DNA of 23,723 nucleotides, from the IMG/VR virus record IMGVR_UViG_2606217111_000003; one strand, written 5' to 3'. The stretch comes from a virus (Duplodnaviria > Heunggongvirae > Uroviricota > Caudoviricetes). Positions 9,521 through 20,057 of the stretch are shown here, piece after piece; positions within the stretch are counted from its first letter, which is position 1, and each line of letters opens with the position of its first letter. A program made the position numbers and the translations under genes. The notes under the pieces are model-generated. The model had not been told where the DNA came from and did no database searches. It worked only from the letters and a program-made list of their open reading frames with translations.

Positions 9521-10145
9521 CAGTATCACGGAAATTATTGAGGCGCTGGAACGCTACAGTGAAATCATCACCCCCTGGGCGACAAAGGTCGCGGAAAACT
9601 TTACCGCCGATATTGTGCGCAAGAATGATGAGCAGTGGCGTAAACACAGCAAAACCATCAGCCGTGAGCTACGCAATCTGGTAAACAGTGCCCCGCCAGG
9701 GCAGGTGATGAAATCCATCGTTGCTGAACAGGTTAAGTACATTAAATCGCTACCCCTCGAGGCGGCTGACAGGGTGTACGACATCCAGAATCGGGCGATT
9801 GAAGCTGTTGTGACCGGTGGGAGAGCGGAACATTTTGCTAAAGAAATAGCCGCATCGGGTGATATAGCAAAGTCCAGAGCTGACCTGATTGCCCGTACTG
9901 AACTTGGACGTGCAACCGGCGCGCTGGATCAGGCGCGTGCGCTGGCAATTGGTTCGAATGGTTATATCTGGCGTACAGCCGAAGATGGTGACGTCAGGCA
10001 TTCTCATCGGGAAATGGAAGGTAAATTTGTCGAATGGGGCAAACCTCCAACGCTTGATGGCATGACCGGTCACGCTGGCGAGCTCCCGAATTGTCGCTGT
10101 TATAAAGAAATCGTTTTTCCCACCTCCCATTCTTATCCCGCCTGA
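9372..10145 (+). CDS. Head morphogenesis protein (Mu F / SPP1 gp7-like minor capsid protein); start uncertain (9372 or 9411)
   Basis: C-terminal HSHREMEG...GELPNCRC motif and size typical of MuF-like proteins; 5' end overlaps the portal 3' end by more than 100 nt. Confidence 0.7.
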   Translation: MPKTKRRPASANLMTNRRNRQAEIRYRTSLRRIARAVGDIVNGHYDGSNDSITEIIEALERYSEIITPWATKVAENFTADIVRKNDEQWRKHSKTISRELRNLVNSAPPGQVMKSIVAEQVKYIKSLPLEAADRVYDIQNRAIEAVVTGGRAEHFAKEIAASGDIAKSRADLIARTELGRATGALDQARALAIGSNGYIWRTAEDGDVRHSHREMEGKFVEWGKPPTLDGMTGHAGELPNCRCYKEIVFPTSHSYPA

Positions 10146-10159
10146 ATCGCAGGTAACAC

Positions 10160-11380
10160 ATGAAATATTTTTTCAATACCCGGCTGGGGGAAACCCGCTA
10201 TCAGCTGGCTGACGGCTCGTTGCTGTGCAAAGACGTGCCGATAGGACGAACAGGTAAGCAGCTCTATGGTGCTGATGACCTGCCAAAACTGAAACCCGAT
10301 AAGTTCGGTGAAATAGTCGTCACGCGTTCTCCTGAGCAGGTATTCCATCCCGCCACGCTTGCCTCATTCGAAGGAATGAGTATCACGGTGTTGCATCCCG
10401 AGGATGAAAACGGGGATGTGCGGCTGGTGAATCCAGAGAACTGGAAAGAGCTCGCGGTCGGGCATCTTCAGAATGTCCGGCGCGGGACGGGTGTGCAGTC
10501 TGATTTGATGCTGGCTGACCTTATCGTCAAAGACGAAAACGCCATTCAGCTGATCGAAGATGGCCTGCGCGAAGTGTCGTGTGGCTATGACGCGGAATAT
10601 AAGCAGACTGAGCCGGGTAAGGCTGAGCAGGTTGATATTACCGGAAACCATGTGGCTCTTGTCCCTAAAGGCAGAGCCGGAAATCGTTGTGCAATTGGAG
10701 ACAGAGACACAATGGCAAATCAAAAGAAAAGCTGGTGGACCCGCATGCGCACGGCCATCAAAACGGGTGACGCTGACACCATGAACGAACTGGTGGAGTC
10801 GGCTCCCGCATCGGTTACAGGAGATGAGGGGGATTTGCCGCAGGGCGTTAATCTCAACATCAACCTGTCCCCGCAGCAACCGCTACCGGACAAAGCACCA
10901 GAGATGGGCGGAGGTCCAACGGGCGACAGTGATGATGACCTCAAAACATTACTGAAAGCCCTGCTGGCTAAGCTGGAAGGAAATGCGACGGGCGATAACG
11001 ACAATAAGCCTGACGATAATCCGACCGGTGACGGCGAGGACGATGAAGAGGAAACCACGATTACTGGTGACTCAGCCTGGCGTGCCGAAGTTATCGTTCC
11101 GGGTATTGATCTGAGCCGTAAGATGAAACCGACCGCGTTCAAACGTGAGGTTCTGGCTTCTGCTGACAAAACGCTGGTTCGCCAGATAGTCGGTGATGCG
11201 GATATCCGCAAATTGCCGAAACAATCAGTCGACATGGCGTTTAATGCCGTGTCTGAGATTGCCAAAGGGCGAAACACCCGCGCCACCACCGGCGATGCAC
11301 AGCGCCCAAATATGGGCATGACCAGTATCGCTTCCCTGAACAAACAAAACGCTGAATTCTGGGCAAACCGTAAAGGGTAA
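10160..11380 (+). CDS. Head scaffolding protein (possibly protease-scaffold fusion)
   Basis: 406 aa; highly acidic, low-complexity C-terminal half (DSDDD..., GDGEDDEEE); position between MuF-like gene and capsid gene. Confidence 0.55.
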   Translation: MKYFFNTRLGETRYQLADGSLLCKDVPIGRTGKQLYGADDLPKLKPDKFGEIVVTRSPEQVFHPATLASFEGMSITVLHPEDENGDVRLVNPENWKELAVGHLQNVRRGTGVQSDLMLADLIVKDENAIQLIEDGLREVSCGYDAEYKQTEPGKAEQVDITGNHVALVPKGRAGNRCAIGDRDTMANQKKSWWTRMRTAIKTGDADTMNELVESAPASVTGDEGDLPQGVNLNINLSPQQPLPDKAPEMGGGPTGDSDDDLKTLLKALLAKLEGNATGDNDNKPDDNPTGDGEDDEEETTITGDSAWRAEVIVPGIDLSRKMKPTAFKREVLASADKTLVRQIVGDADIRKLPKQSVDMAFNAVSEIAKGRNTRATTGDAQRPNMGMTSIASLNKQNAEFWANRKG

Positions 11381-11383
11381 AAA

Positions 11384-11890
11384 ATGAATAATGTATTTCT
11401 GTACCGGATGCCTGTTGGCATTGCCGGGGCTGTCTCTCGCCCGCAGGACTTAACCGTCGAACCGGTGGTCCTTAAATCCGATAACGCCTTTGCTGCCTAT
11501 GGGCTGGCTGGTAAATACGATGATGACGGTTTTTTCGTGCCGCTGGCAGATGGTGATACCGCAGACAAGGTGAAGGGGATCTACGTGCGCCCTTATCCGA
11601 CCACGTCGCAGCCGGACATGGTTCGCCAGGTGGGAACAGGCAAGAACTTCCCGGGCGACGCAATGAAGCGTGGCTACGTGACCGTTAATCTCGGTTCTGA
11701 TTTTGATGCCAGCACCATCAAAAAAGGCGACCCGGTATACGTTGTCGTCTCCACTGATGAATCCATCAAAGTGCCGCTGGGTGGATTCATGGCCACGTCA
11801 GTCAGTGGCAAAAACGTGGTGCTGACCAACGCTGAATTCACAGGTGCCGGTGATGCTAACGGCAATGCAGAAATTTCCTGGAAGATTTAA
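11384..11890 (+). CDS. Head protein (possible decoration/accessory capsid protein)
   Basis: 168 aa, tightly packed immediately upstream of the major capsid gene. Confidence 0.5.
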   Translation: MNNVFLYRMPVGIAGAVSRPQDLTVEPVVLKSDNAFAAYGLAGKYDDDGFFVPLADGDTADKVKGIYVRPYPTTSQPDMVRQVGTGKNFPGDAMKRGYVTVNLGSDFDASTIKKGDPVYVVVSTDESIKVPLGGFMATSVSGKNVVLTNAEFTGAGDANGNAEISWKI

Positions 11891-11901
11891 GGAACAGACG
11901 A

Positions 11902-12843
11902 ATGATTACTTTTGATCAGGCAACCGTTGACAGCTCTGGTGCCTTTCTCATCGGGGAGCTGGAGCGACTCGACCAGACGCTGAACCTGCCACTGGTGGGG
12001 TACACCTGGACCCGCGATATCCAACTGCGTGAAGATGTCTCCATCGCAGATGACATTTCCAGCTGGACGAATACCAGCTTCGCCGCTGCGGGTACTGGTG
12101 CAAATCCGAATGGCAAAAACTGGGTAGGCAAAGACTCAACCGCTATTGCTGGCGTGAACGTGGATATCGGCAAATCTGGTAACCCGCTGAACCTGTGGGG
12201 GATGGAACTTGGCTGGACGGTCATAGAATTGCAGGCTGCTCAGCAGGTCGGCCGCCCGATTGATACGCAGAAGTATGACGGTATGCAACTGAAATGGCAG
12301 ATGGATAACGATGAACAGGTATATGTTGGCGATTCCGCATTAAACCTGAAAGGCCTTGTTACCCTGGACGGCGTGCCTGTCAACAACGCTGCCAAAACGT
12401 GGGCAACCTCAACACCGGACGAAATCCGCGCAAGCATTAACCAGGTACTGTCTGATGCGTGGGCCGCTTCCGGTTACTCTGTGGTTCCGCGTGATTTGCT
12501 GATCCCGCCTGAGCAGTTTGCTCTGTTGTCCAGCATCATCGTTTCATCTGCGGGTAACCAGTCCCTGTTGACGTACCTTCAGACCAACACCATCAGCTAT
12601 CACCAGAACGGTATTCCGCTGAATATCCGCGCGGTTAAATGGCTGAAAGGCCGTGGTGTGGGGAATAAGGATCGCATGGTTGCGTACACCAACGATAAAA
12701 AATACGTCCGCTACCCGCTGGTTCCGCTTCAGAGCGTGCCGGTGCAGTATCGCGGTCTGTATCAGATCGTCACTTACTACGGCAAGCTGGGTGCAGTCGA
12801 GCCAGTGTACAAAGAAACCATTTCGTACGTTGATGGCATTTAA
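11902..12843 (+). CDS. Major capsid protein
   Basis: 313 aa; position after scaffold; followed by a strong stem-loop, as often seen after highly expressed capsid genes. Confidence 0.7.
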   Translation: MITFDQATVDSSGAFLIGELERLDQTLNLPLVGYTWTRDIQLREDVSIADDISSWTNTSFAAAGTGANPNGKNWVGKDSTAIAGVNVDIGKSGNPLNLWGMELGWTVIELQAAQQVGRPIDTQKYDGMQLKWQMDNDEQVYVGDSALNLKGLVTLDGVPVNNAAKTWATSTPDEIRASINQVLSDAWAASGYSVVPRDLLIPPEQFALLSSIIVSSAGNQSLLTYLQTNTISYHQNGIPLNIRAVKWLKGRGVGNKDRMVAYTNDKKYVRYPLVPLQSVPVQYRGLYQIVTYYGKLGAVEPVYKETISYVDGI

Positions 12844-12850
12844 CAGCCAC

Positions 12851-12871
12851 ATGGCCCCCTGGCGGGGCCAT
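12851..12871 (+). promoter_or_regulatory. Perfect 8-bp stem-loop (atggcccc-ctggc-ggggccat) after the capsid gene; no U-tract, so more likely an mRNA-stability or attenuator hairpin than a full terminator
   Basis: Perfect inverted repeat seen directly in the sequence 8 nt after the capsid stop. Confidence 0.45.
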
Positions 12872-12884
12872 TAAGGATGACCCG

Positions 12885-13106
12885 ATGGCAAAAAATAATG
12901 CAGTAATACACGTACATACCCCGTTTGTGCTCACGCTTCCCGACGGTTCACGGCGCGAGTTTGTTAAAGGCCGTCATGCTGTGGAGGAAGACGTTGCCAC
13001 GCACTGGTTCACTCGTGCGCACGCGGAAGTATCCGTTGGCAAAGCCACAGACGCGCGTAACGAGGTAAAAAATGCCAAAGAATCAAAGTCTGCCAGCGGT
13101 AAGTGA
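12885..13106 (+). CDS. Small hypothetical head/neck protein
   Basis: 73-aa ORF with start after the capsid hairpin, same strand, overlapping the next gene. Confidence 0.4.
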   Translation: MAKNNAVIHVHTPFVLTLPDGSRREFVKGRHAVEEDVATHWFTRAHAEVSVGKATDARNEVKNAKESKSASGK

Positions 13107-13479
13107 TTTTCGCCGCGACTTCCCGCAGTTTGCTGACCCTGCCAAATATCCCGAAGCGCAAATCCAGTTTCGTCTGAATCTGGCCGATGAACTGCTGAGC
13201 GAAAACGTCACCGGCAAAAAGTTGTTTCCGTACTTTGCCGGGTTGTTCGTTGCGCACTACATGACGCTCTGGGCGGCAGACAGCCGGGCGATGCTGGCTG
13301 GTGGTTCGGGCGGTTCAACCAATGGTGTTCAGTCCTCAAAGTCCGTGGATAAGGTAAGCGTCAGTTATGACACCAGCGCGACGCTGAATCCTGATGCAGG
13401 TTTCTGGAATAACACCCGATATGGCGCTGAATTTTATCAGTTGATCACGATGTTCGGTGCAGGCGGTCGCCAGCTATGA
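13072..13479 (+). CDS. Head-tail connector / head completion protein (putative)
   Basis: 135 aa, translationally coupled within the head-to-tail gene block. Confidence 0.5.
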   Translation: MPKNQSLPAVSDFRRDFPQFADPAKYPEAQIQFRLNLADELLSENVTGKKLFPYFAGLFVAHYMTLWAADSRAMLAGGSGGSTNGVQSSKSVDKVSVSYDTSATLNPDAGFWNNTRYGAEFYQLITMFGAGGRQL

Positions 13480-14030
13480 GTTTCAAAAGCGGTGTAACAA
13501 CGAGGGTGGATAACGCTAAGGCCATTCTGGATGCGCTCAGGTCGTTAACCAAAAAAGATGTGCTGGTCGGCATCCCTTCGGAAGACAGCGAGCGGGATGA
13601 TGTTCCGTTTGGTAATGCGGGCATCGGTTACCTCAACGAATACGGCTCACCAGAGCAGAACATCCCGCCACGACCTCACCTGATCCCCGGCGTTAAATCG
13701 GTAGAGGAACAGACGTTGCCGCAGCTCAAAACAGCGGCGCAGGCTGCGCTTGATGGAAATGCGGCGGGGGCGGAAAGAGCGCTCAACCGCGCCGGAACGC
13801 TGGCCGCTAATGGCGTCAGGCGTTACATGACTATTACCGGCTTTACACCGCTTGCTGATAGCACCGTTGAAGCCCGCGCGCGTCGAGGGCGTAAAGGGGC
13901 GAAAGCGGAACTTGCCCGGCGTGCTGCTGGCGAATCTCCCGGAACCGATCTGGCGAAACCATTAATTGACACCGGGCAATATCGCAGAGCTATTACCCAT
14001 GTAGTGAGGGATAAAGATGCCGACTCTTGA
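13476..14030 (+). CDS. Head-tail joining / neck protein (putative)
   Basis: 184 aa, ATGA coupling to the upstream gene. Confidence 0.5.
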   Translation: MSFKSGVTTRVDNAKAILDALRSLTKKDVLVGIPSEDSERDDVPFGNAGIGYLNEYGSPEQNIPPRPHLIPGVKSVEEQTLPQLKTAAQAALDGNAAGAERALNRAGTLAANGVRRYMTITGFTPLADSTVEARARRGRKGAKAELARRAAGESPGTDLAKPLIDTGQYRRAITHVVRDKDADS

Positions 14031-14406
14031 TGTAACAGATGTGCTTTTTGACCCCGATTTTTGCGACTTCAATTTGTGGGTAACACGCCGAGTGCAAACG
14101 GTGGATGAGGACGGGATCGGCAGCGACAGCGAAGTTAAAAAGCAGTTTGCCGGAGTCGTAACTGTTGATCGCTCTCTGGAAAACCGCCGTATGCAGGCAG
14201 GGCAGGTAATCAGCGGTGCAATTCTGATTGTGACGACTGAGCGACTGACGCAGGGACAGACTGGCCGTGATGCCGATATCGTGACGTATCAGGGCCGTGA
14301 TTATCGTGTGACCTTCGTCGACCCGTATACAGCTTATGGTGCCGGATTCGTTCAGGCGCATTGTGAGTTGCTGCCGTTTGATGGGGGAATTCCGGTTGAG
14401 CAATAA
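14017..14406 (+). CDS. Tail completion / neck protein (putative)
   Basis: 129 aa, overlapping upstream and downstream genes in the structural block. Confidence 0.5.
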   Translation: MPTLDVTDVLFDPDFCDFNLWVTRRVQTVDEDGIGSDSEVKKQFAGVVTVDRSLENRRMQAGQVISGAILIVTTERLTQGQTGRDADIVTYQGRDYRVTFVDPYTAYGAGFVQAHCELLPFDGGIPVEQ

Positions 14407-14944
14407 CACCAGTACAGAGCGCGGATGGCTGATACCAACCAGTGGCGATCCGGATTATGACGAAGCGCTCGACAGGCTGTTAAGCCAGTGGATGCGTAAC
14501 GTTTCCGGTCTGTCTGCCGGGATGGTTCGCCCGCGCTGGCAGAAAGAGCAGCCGCCACTGCTACCGGCTGAAACGAACTGGTGTGCGTTTGGGGTTATCG
14601 GATGGTCAGGTGATGACAGTCCGGCATTCACCAGACAGACCGATGATGGCTCTAAGCTCTGGCGGCATGAAACGATTGAGTGTATGGCTTCGTTTTATGG
14701 TCCGGCGGGGATGGTGTATGCGTCCCGGTTTCGTGACGGTATATCTGTACCGCAGAACAATGCAGCACTGAATGCGCTGGGGCTGTCTCTTGGCGATTAC
14801 ACAGGTCTGACCCCCTTCCCTGAACTTATTAATCAGCAATGGGTCCGCCGCTACGATATGACGGTGCGCCTGCGCCGGAAGGTTGTGCGCGAGTACGGTA
14901 TTAAATCGCTGGTGGAAGCACCAGTCATCTTTTTCGGAGATTAA
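14381..14944 (+). CDS. Tail-associated protein (putative sheath terminator/stabiliser); start uncertain (14336, 14381 or TTG 14396)
   Basis: ORF immediately upstream of the sheath gene; no clean RBS. Confidence 0.5.
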   Translation: MGEFRLSNNTSTERGWLIPTSGDPDYDEALDRLLSQWMRNVSGLSAGMVRPRWQKEQPPLLPAETNWCAFGVIGWSGDDSPAFTRQTDDGSKLWRHETIECMASFYGPAGMVYASRFRDGISVPQNNAALNALGLSLGDYTGLTPFPELINQQWVRRYDMTVRLRRKVVREYGIKSLVEAPVIFFGD

Positions 14945-14947
14945 GCT

Positions 14948-16093
14948 ATGGCACAGGGCTTGCCTGTATCAAACGTTGTTAATGTTGATGTGATCATGTC
15001 GCCGCGTGCAGCATCAGGGCGAAATTTTGGTGCATTACTCATTCTCGGCCCGTCCACAATCATTCCGGTAAGTGAGCGCATTCGCCGTTATTCTGCCGCG
15101 GAAGATATTGGAAAAGATTTTGGCGTGGAATCACCAGAATATAAGGCTGCGCAGGTGTTTTTCTCACAATCACCGAAACCTCAGGAGGTTTTTGTTGGTC
15201 GTTGGGTGAAAACGAAGGGTGACAGCGAACAGGCCACGCCTGAGACGCTGGAGCAGGCTGTGAATGCCATGCTCGATTATACTTCATGGTATGGGCTGGG
15301 GATTGCAGACGATGAAGATATTCCGGATGCAGACTGGCTGAAAGTGGCTGCGGCGATCGAATCCTCTTCTGTAAGCCGTATTCTGGCGATTACGACAAGC
15401 GATGATAAATGCCTGCAGACTGCATCCAGCGATGATTTGGCATCAAAACTGAAAACCGCCGGATATTCACGCAGTTTTATTCAGTATTCATCGGGTAATA
15501 AATACGCTGCGTTATCTGCATTTGGCCGGGTATTCACGGTTAATTTCAATGGCAGTAATACCGCGATTACGCTCAAGTTTAAGCAGGAGCCGGGTGTCGG
15601 GTATGAAACACTGACAGTCAGCCAGGCATCGGCACTTGATGCAAAAAACTGCAATGTATTCGTGTACTACCAGAATGATACGGCTATCCTCCAGCAGGGA
15701 GTGATGGCTAACGGCGATTTCTTTGATGAACGCCACGGCCTGGACTGGTTACAGAATTATGTGCAGACCAACCTCTATAACCTGCTTTATACCAGCACCA
15801 CGAAAGTTCCCCAGACTGAAGCCGGTATTACCCGACTGTTATCAAATGTTGAAAAATCACTGGATCAGGCCGTTCAGAATGGACTGATTGCTCCGGGCGT
15901 ATGGAACGGGGGCGACCTTGGTCAGTTGTCATCAGGTGACACACTGCCCAAAGGTTATTACGTATACGCCCAGCCGCTGGATGAACAGGCACAATCAGAA
16001 CGTGAAGCCCGTAAGGCTCCGGTGATTCAGGCTGCAATAAAACTTGCAGGCGCGGTTCATTACGCTGACGTACAGATTAATGTTGTTCGCTAA
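14948..16093 (+). CDS. Tail sheath protein (contractile tail)
   Basis: 381 aa directly followed by a 146-aa tube-sized gene, a chaperone with frameshift and the tape measure: the canonical sheath-tube-chaperone-TMP order. Confidence 0.65.
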   Translation: MAQGLPVSNVVNVDVIMSPRAASGRNFGALLILGPSTIIPVSERIRRYSAAEDIGKDFGVESPEYKAAQVFFSQSPKPQEVFVGRWVKTKGDSEQATPETLEQAVNAMLDYTSWYGLGIADDEDIPDADWLKVAAAIESSSVSRILAITTSDDKCLQTASSDDLASKLKTAGYSRSFIQYSSGNKYAALSAFGRVFTVNFNGSNTAITLKFKQEPGVGYETLTVSQASALDAKNCNVFVYYQNDTAILQQGVMANGDFFDERHGLDWLQNYVQTNLYNLLYTSTTKVPQTEAGITRLLSNVEKSLDQAVQNGLIAPGVWNGGDLGQLSSGDTLPKGYYVYAQPLDEQAQSEREARKAPVIQAAIKLAGAVHYADVQINVVR

Positions 16094-16103
16094 GGGGAAG
16101 TGA

Positions 16104-16544
16104 ATGTCTACCTATTCTTTTATGGATGTCACTGCGACGCTGACCGGCCCGACCGGTTCGATTGACCTCGGGTACGGTTCTGCAAGTTCTGAAGAGGGGA
16201 TTGTGGTTGCGATGGGCGGTCCTAAAAACACCATGACCATCGGTGCTGATGGTGAAGTGATGCACAGCCTCCATGCAGATAAAAGCGGGACGATTACCGT
16301 TAACCTTCTGAAGACATCACCGACAAATAAAAAATTGTCGCTGGCGTATAACGCACAGAGCCAGTCTTCTGCCACATGGGGGAATAACGTTATCGTGATC
16401 CGCAACAAGGTCAGCGGCGACATCATCACGGCACGCAGTGTTGCGTTCCAGAAACAACCGGATAATGCCAACGCTAAAACCGGTAATACGATGCCGTGGG
16501 TGTTTGACTGCGGCAAGATTGACCAGGTTCTCGGGGAGTTTTAA
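16104..16544 (+). CDS. Tail tube protein
   Basis: 146 aa, between sheath and tail assembly chaperone; RBS ggggaag. Confidence 0.65.
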   Translation: MSTYSFMDVTATLTGPTGSIDLGYGSASSEEGIVVAMGGPKNTMTIGADGEVMHSLHADKSGTITVNLLKTSPTNKKLSLAYNAQSQSSATWGNNVIVIRNKVSGDIITARSVAFQKQPDNANAKTGNTMPWVFDCGKIDQVLGEF

Positions 16545-16547
16545 TAC

Positions 16548-17000
16548 ATGGAGTTCGAAATCAAAGGCGTGAAATATCGCGTGGCAAAACTCAGCGTTTT
16601 TGACCAACTGAAAGTGACCCGCAAACTTCTGCCGGTGCTGGCAGGAATGATGTCAGATTTCGGGAGCATTCGCTCCCGTTTGCCTGCTGATGGCAAAATC
16701 GACACCGTGAAATTCGAGCAGTTAAAACCGGTGTTTGAAACCATGCTCCCGCGTATCGCTGAGGAACTGTCTTCCCTGACCGAAGATGACACCAGTGCGA
16801 TTATTCATCCCTGTCTTGCGGTGGTATCGCGGCGTCATATGGACGGATGGGTTCCGGTATTTACCCAGGGCGAACTGATGTTTGATGATATTGACTTGCT
16901 GGTCATGCTGCAGCTGGTGGCGCGGGTGGTCGCCGATTCGCTGGGAAATTTTTTGCCTACACCCCTTACCAGCACGACGCAGAGCCTGCAACAGGGCTGA
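16548..17000 (+). CDS. Tail assembly chaperone (G-like, 0-frame product)
   Basis: 150 aa directly upstream of the tape measure gene; contains a slippery site near its 3' end with an open -1 frame extension. Confidence 0.7.
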   Translation: MEFEIKGVKYRVAKLSVFDQLKVTRKLLPVLAGMMSDFGSIRSRLPADGKIDTVKFEQLKPVFETMLPRIAEELSSLTEDDTSAIIHPCLAVVSRRHMDGWVPVFTQGELMFDDIDLLVMLQLVARVVADSLGNFLPTPLTSTTQSLQQG

Positions 17001-17188
17001 CGTTTAACAGCCTGCCGGACGGGCTGTCCTACCTTCTCAATCCGGTTGACGCCGGGTTAATTCCTTATACAGCACTTAAAGATGGCTCTGTCGATTTGTA
17101 CGATATTGCTCTTTTGAATGACCATCTGGCGGTAAAAGCGGATAACCAGCGGCGCATTGAGAAATGGAGAGAGGATAATGAACGCTGA
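16946..17188 (+). other. Programmed -1 ribosomal frameshift site (a_aat_ttt / t_ttt_ttg) and 81-codon -1 frame extension (GT-like chaperone fusion)
   Basis: Heptamer A AAT TTT is phased with the chaperone frame at 16946-16952; the -1 frame is open from there to TGA 17186-17188 and overlaps the tape measure start. Confidence 0.6.
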
Positions 17189-19166
17189 AACTATTAAAGA
17201 TTTCCTCGTCTCGCTTGGCTTCAGTGTGGATGATGCAGGAGCGAAAAAGTTCGGTTCTGTCCTCGCCGGTACAACTGCAAATGTCATCAAAATGGGGCTG
17301 GCCGTTGAAGGAGCCGCGCTGTCCGTGGTGGCCTTCACGGCTAAGATCGCCTCCGGTCTGGATAATCTTTACTGGGCGTCACAGCGCACTGGAGCGACAG
17401 TCCAGGGAATTCAGTCTATTGGCTATGCGGTTTCGCAGGTTGGCGGCAGCGTGGACGCTGCGCGATCTTCTCTGGAAAGCCTCTCCCGGTTTATTCGTAA
17501 TAATCCCGGTGCAGAGGGATTTCTGAATCGCCTGGGGGTACAGACACGGGATGCCAGCGGTAACATGCGTGACATGGCCGCTATTTTTACAGGTGTAGGC
17601 CAGAAGCTCAGCGGCATGCCGTATTACCGGGCTAACCAGTATGCGCAGATGCTGGGCATTGACGAAAATACCCTTATGGCGATGCGTCGGGGTGTGGGTG
17701 GTTTCTCCGGGCAGTACAGCGCAATGGCGAAAGCTATCGGCTTCAATGCTGACGAGGCGGCCAGAAGCTCCAACAAATTTATGACCTCCCTGCGTGAGTT
17801 TAGCGCGATGGCAGGCATGGCCCGTGACAAAATCGGCTCTAATCTTGCGGGTGGGCTTGCGGGTTCGCTGGACCCCCTGCGCCGCCATATCCTGGACAAC
17901 TTCCCTCGTATCGAGCTGACCCTGACGAAAGCCATAAAAGGCATTCTGGCGCTCGGGGATATTATCGGGCGGCTGTTCTTCAGACTGATTGAAGGAACAT
18001 CAGGTCTCATCACCTGGTGGCAATCGCTGGATAAGCAAACGCGGCAGTTGATCTCGCTGTTTGGCGCACTGACGATTGCGCTGCGCATTCTGAACAGTAC
18101 GTTCTGGATGTCGCCGATTGGCCTTATTACTGCGCTGGCGGCGGGGATTGCCCTTCTGTGGGAGGACTATCAGACCTGGAAGGAAGGCGGCGACAGCCTG
18201 ATTGACTGGGGCAAGTGGAAACCGGAGGTCGATGCCGCGTTGAAGATGGTTCGTGACCTTAAAACAACCGTTAACGACCTGGCGAAAGCGCTGGCGAAAC
18301 TGCTCAATATTGACCCCAAATCATGGTCCCTGAAGTGGGATTTCAGCAACTTCATCGACCAGATGGGCGAATTCAGCAAAATGCTGAACATGATCGCCGA
18401 CCTGCTCAACGCTATCAAAGATGGCCGCTGGGCTGATGCCGTCAGCATCAGCAAACAGATACTTAATCAGGGCAGCGAAAATCCGTCAGCGATGCCGATG
18501 GTTACAGACAGCGCTAACAGTACTGCCGACTGGATTAAAGAGCACTGGGGATTCGATCCTCGCAGCGTGGGCCGGACGGTACGCGGCTGGTTTGGTGATG
18601 ATGAGCCGGAACAATATGCACAGGCTACGAAACGAGGAGAACGGAATAACAATCCGGGAAACCTTAATTTTGCTGGTCAGGCAGGGGCTTCTCTTGAACG
18701 CCCGGGCGGGCGATTTGCCAGATTTGAAACTGCTTTTGATGGATTACGGGCTCTTGCTCGTCAGTTAATGCTGTACGCCGGACGGGGAATAAACAGTGTG
18801 GAGAAAATTATCTCTACCTGGGCACCTGCGTCTGATAATAACAACACAACTGCGTATATCAGGGCTGTATCGCAACGACTGGGAGTGGATCCCCGGGCTG
18901 CCCTGAATATGAGCGATCCGCAAACCATGTCAGCATTGATGAGCAGCATTATCCAGCATGAAAATGGAAGAAATATCTATTCCCGAGAGCTGATTAATAA
19001 GGCTGCCGTGGCAGGAATTAGTGGCAAAGTGACAGAGGTTAACCAGCAAAATACCTACCACATTTACGGTGGCGGAGATCCGCACGCTGTCGGTAATGAG
19101 GTTGCACGTCGGCAACAGTCTGCAAATGCTCAGGTCATGCGAAGTAATCAGGTGAGGGTGGGTTAG
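17178..19166 (+). CDS. Tail tape measure protein
   Basis: 662 aa from ATG 17178 (RBS ggagagagg; in-frame ATG 17157 is the alternative); Ala/Gly-rich helical N-terminus with internal hydrophobic segments; follows the chaperone pair. Confidence 0.85.
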   Translation: MNAETIKDFLVSLGFSVDDAGAKKFGSVLAGTTANVIKMGLAVEGAALSVVAFTAKIASGLDNLYWASQRTGATVQGIQSIGYAVSQVGGSVDAARSSLESLSRFIRNNPGAEGFLNRLGVQTRDASGNMRDMAAIFTGVGQKLSGMPYYRANQYAQMLGIDENTLMAMRRGVGGFSGQYSAMAKAIGFNADEAARSSNKFMTSLREFSAMAGMARDKIGSNLAGGLAGSLDPLRRHILDNFPRIELTLTKAIKGILALGDIIGRLFFRLIEGTSGLITWWQSLDKQTRQLISLFGALTIALRILNSTFWMSPIGLITALAAGIALLWEDYQTWKEGGDSLIDWGKWKPEVDAALKMVRDLKTTVNDLAKALAKLLNIDPKSWSLKWDFSNFIDQMGEFSKMLNMIADLLNAIKDGRWADAVSISKQILNQGSENPSAMPMVTDSANSTADWIKEHWGFDPRSVGRTVRGWFGDDEPEQYAQATKRGERNNNPGNLNFAGQAGASLERPGGRFARFETAFDGLRALARQLMLYAGRGINSVEKIISTWAPASDNNNTTAYIRAVSQRLGVDPRAALNMSDPQTMSALMSSIIQHENGRNIYSRELINKAAVAGISGKVTEVNQQNTYHIYGGGDPHAVGNEVARRQQSANAQVMRSNQVRVG

Positions 19167-19753
19167 TGGATATTCTCTCTACACTTTTTCATCAGCAGAG
19201 CAGAAAAATAGGAATGATTGTTCCCAGTGTTGTTATTTCAGAGAAGCATACAGATATGCTTGAAATAACAGAGCATCCGGTAGAGGTCGGGGCTGCTGTC
19301 GCTGATCATGCCTATAAAAAACCGTCAGAAGTGGTGATGGAGGTTGGTTTCGCCGGTGGCGGCGCATTGCTGGATTTTGCCAGTAACCTGACGGCTACCA
19401 GCCTGCTCGGCCTGAGTCCTCAGCAGACGTATCAGGAGCTACTGGATCTGCAGGAAAGCCGTATCCCCTTCGATGTGGTAACCGGTAAACGGCTGTACAG
19501 CAACATGTTGATCCGGGCGCTGGAAGTGACGACGGACAAGACAACCGAAAACGTCCTGTCCGCCGTCCTCACCCTGAGGGAGGTCCTTATCTCCCGGACA
19601 CAGCAGATCACCGTCGCTGATAAAACCAACATGAAGGAAGGGGCCAGCACGTCGGCGGTACAGAACAGCGGCAACAAAACCACAAAGCCTCCAGATACTT
19701 CACTGCTGAAAAGCATCACGGGTAACGTGGTGTCATTACTGGGAGGCGGATAA
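19166..19753 (+). CDS. Post-tape-measure tail protein (function unassigned)
   Basis: 195 aa, ATGA overlap with tape measure stop; structural-module GC content. Confidence 0.6.
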   Translation: MDILSTLFHQQSRKIGMIVPSVVISEKHTDMLEITEHPVEVGAAVADHAYKKPSEVVMEVGFAGGGALLDFASNLTATSLLGLSPQQTYQELLDLQESRIPFDVVTGKRLYSNMLIRALEVTTDKTTENVLSAVLTLREVLISRTQQITVADKTNMKEGASTSAVQNSGNKTTKPPDTSLLKSITGNVVSLLGGG

Positions 19754-20055
19754 TGACAATTCAGGAAATTCCGCTGACAGCGGACAACCAGCAGTTCAGC
19801 ATCGTCCTGGGTGGTGTCACCTGGCGGATTAGCATCATATGGCGCGATCCTTACTGGATTATGGACCTGCAGAACGACAGAGGGGAGCCGGTAATCTCCG
19901 GTATACCTCTCGTCACTGGCGCTGACCTGCTGGCGCAGTACGCCTGTATGGGACTTGGTTTTAAGCTGTTGGTGGTCTGCGATGACAACACACAGGATTA
20001 TCCCACGAAAACTGACCTGGGCGGGCGCAGTCATTTACTGGTATCAACGGAGTAA
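19753..20055 (+). CDS. Post-tape-measure tail protein (function unassigned)
   Basis: 100 aa, ATGA overlap with the upstream gene. Confidence 0.55.
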   Translation: MTIQEIPLTADNQQFSIVLGGVTWRISIIWRDPYWIMDLQNDRGEPVISGIPLVTGADLLAQYACMGLGFKLLVVCDDNTQDYPTKTDLGGRSHLLVSTE

Positions 20056-20057
20056 GC

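Noticed and set aside
10364-11421. Minus-strand ORFs of 171 and 233 aa inside the scaffold gene
   Set aside because: Antisense to a tightly coupled structural gene; Ser/Pro-rich low-complexity translations mirror the acidic repeat on the sense strand.
17379-18088. Minus-strand ORFs of 154-169 aa inside the tape measure gene
   Set aside because: Antisense shadow ORFs within a long GC-rich gene.
18600-19166. Possible cell-wall-active add-on domain at the tape measure C-terminus (NNNPGNLNF... region)
   Set aside because: I could not tie it to a defined catalytic motif from sequence alone; needs a profile search before any claim.
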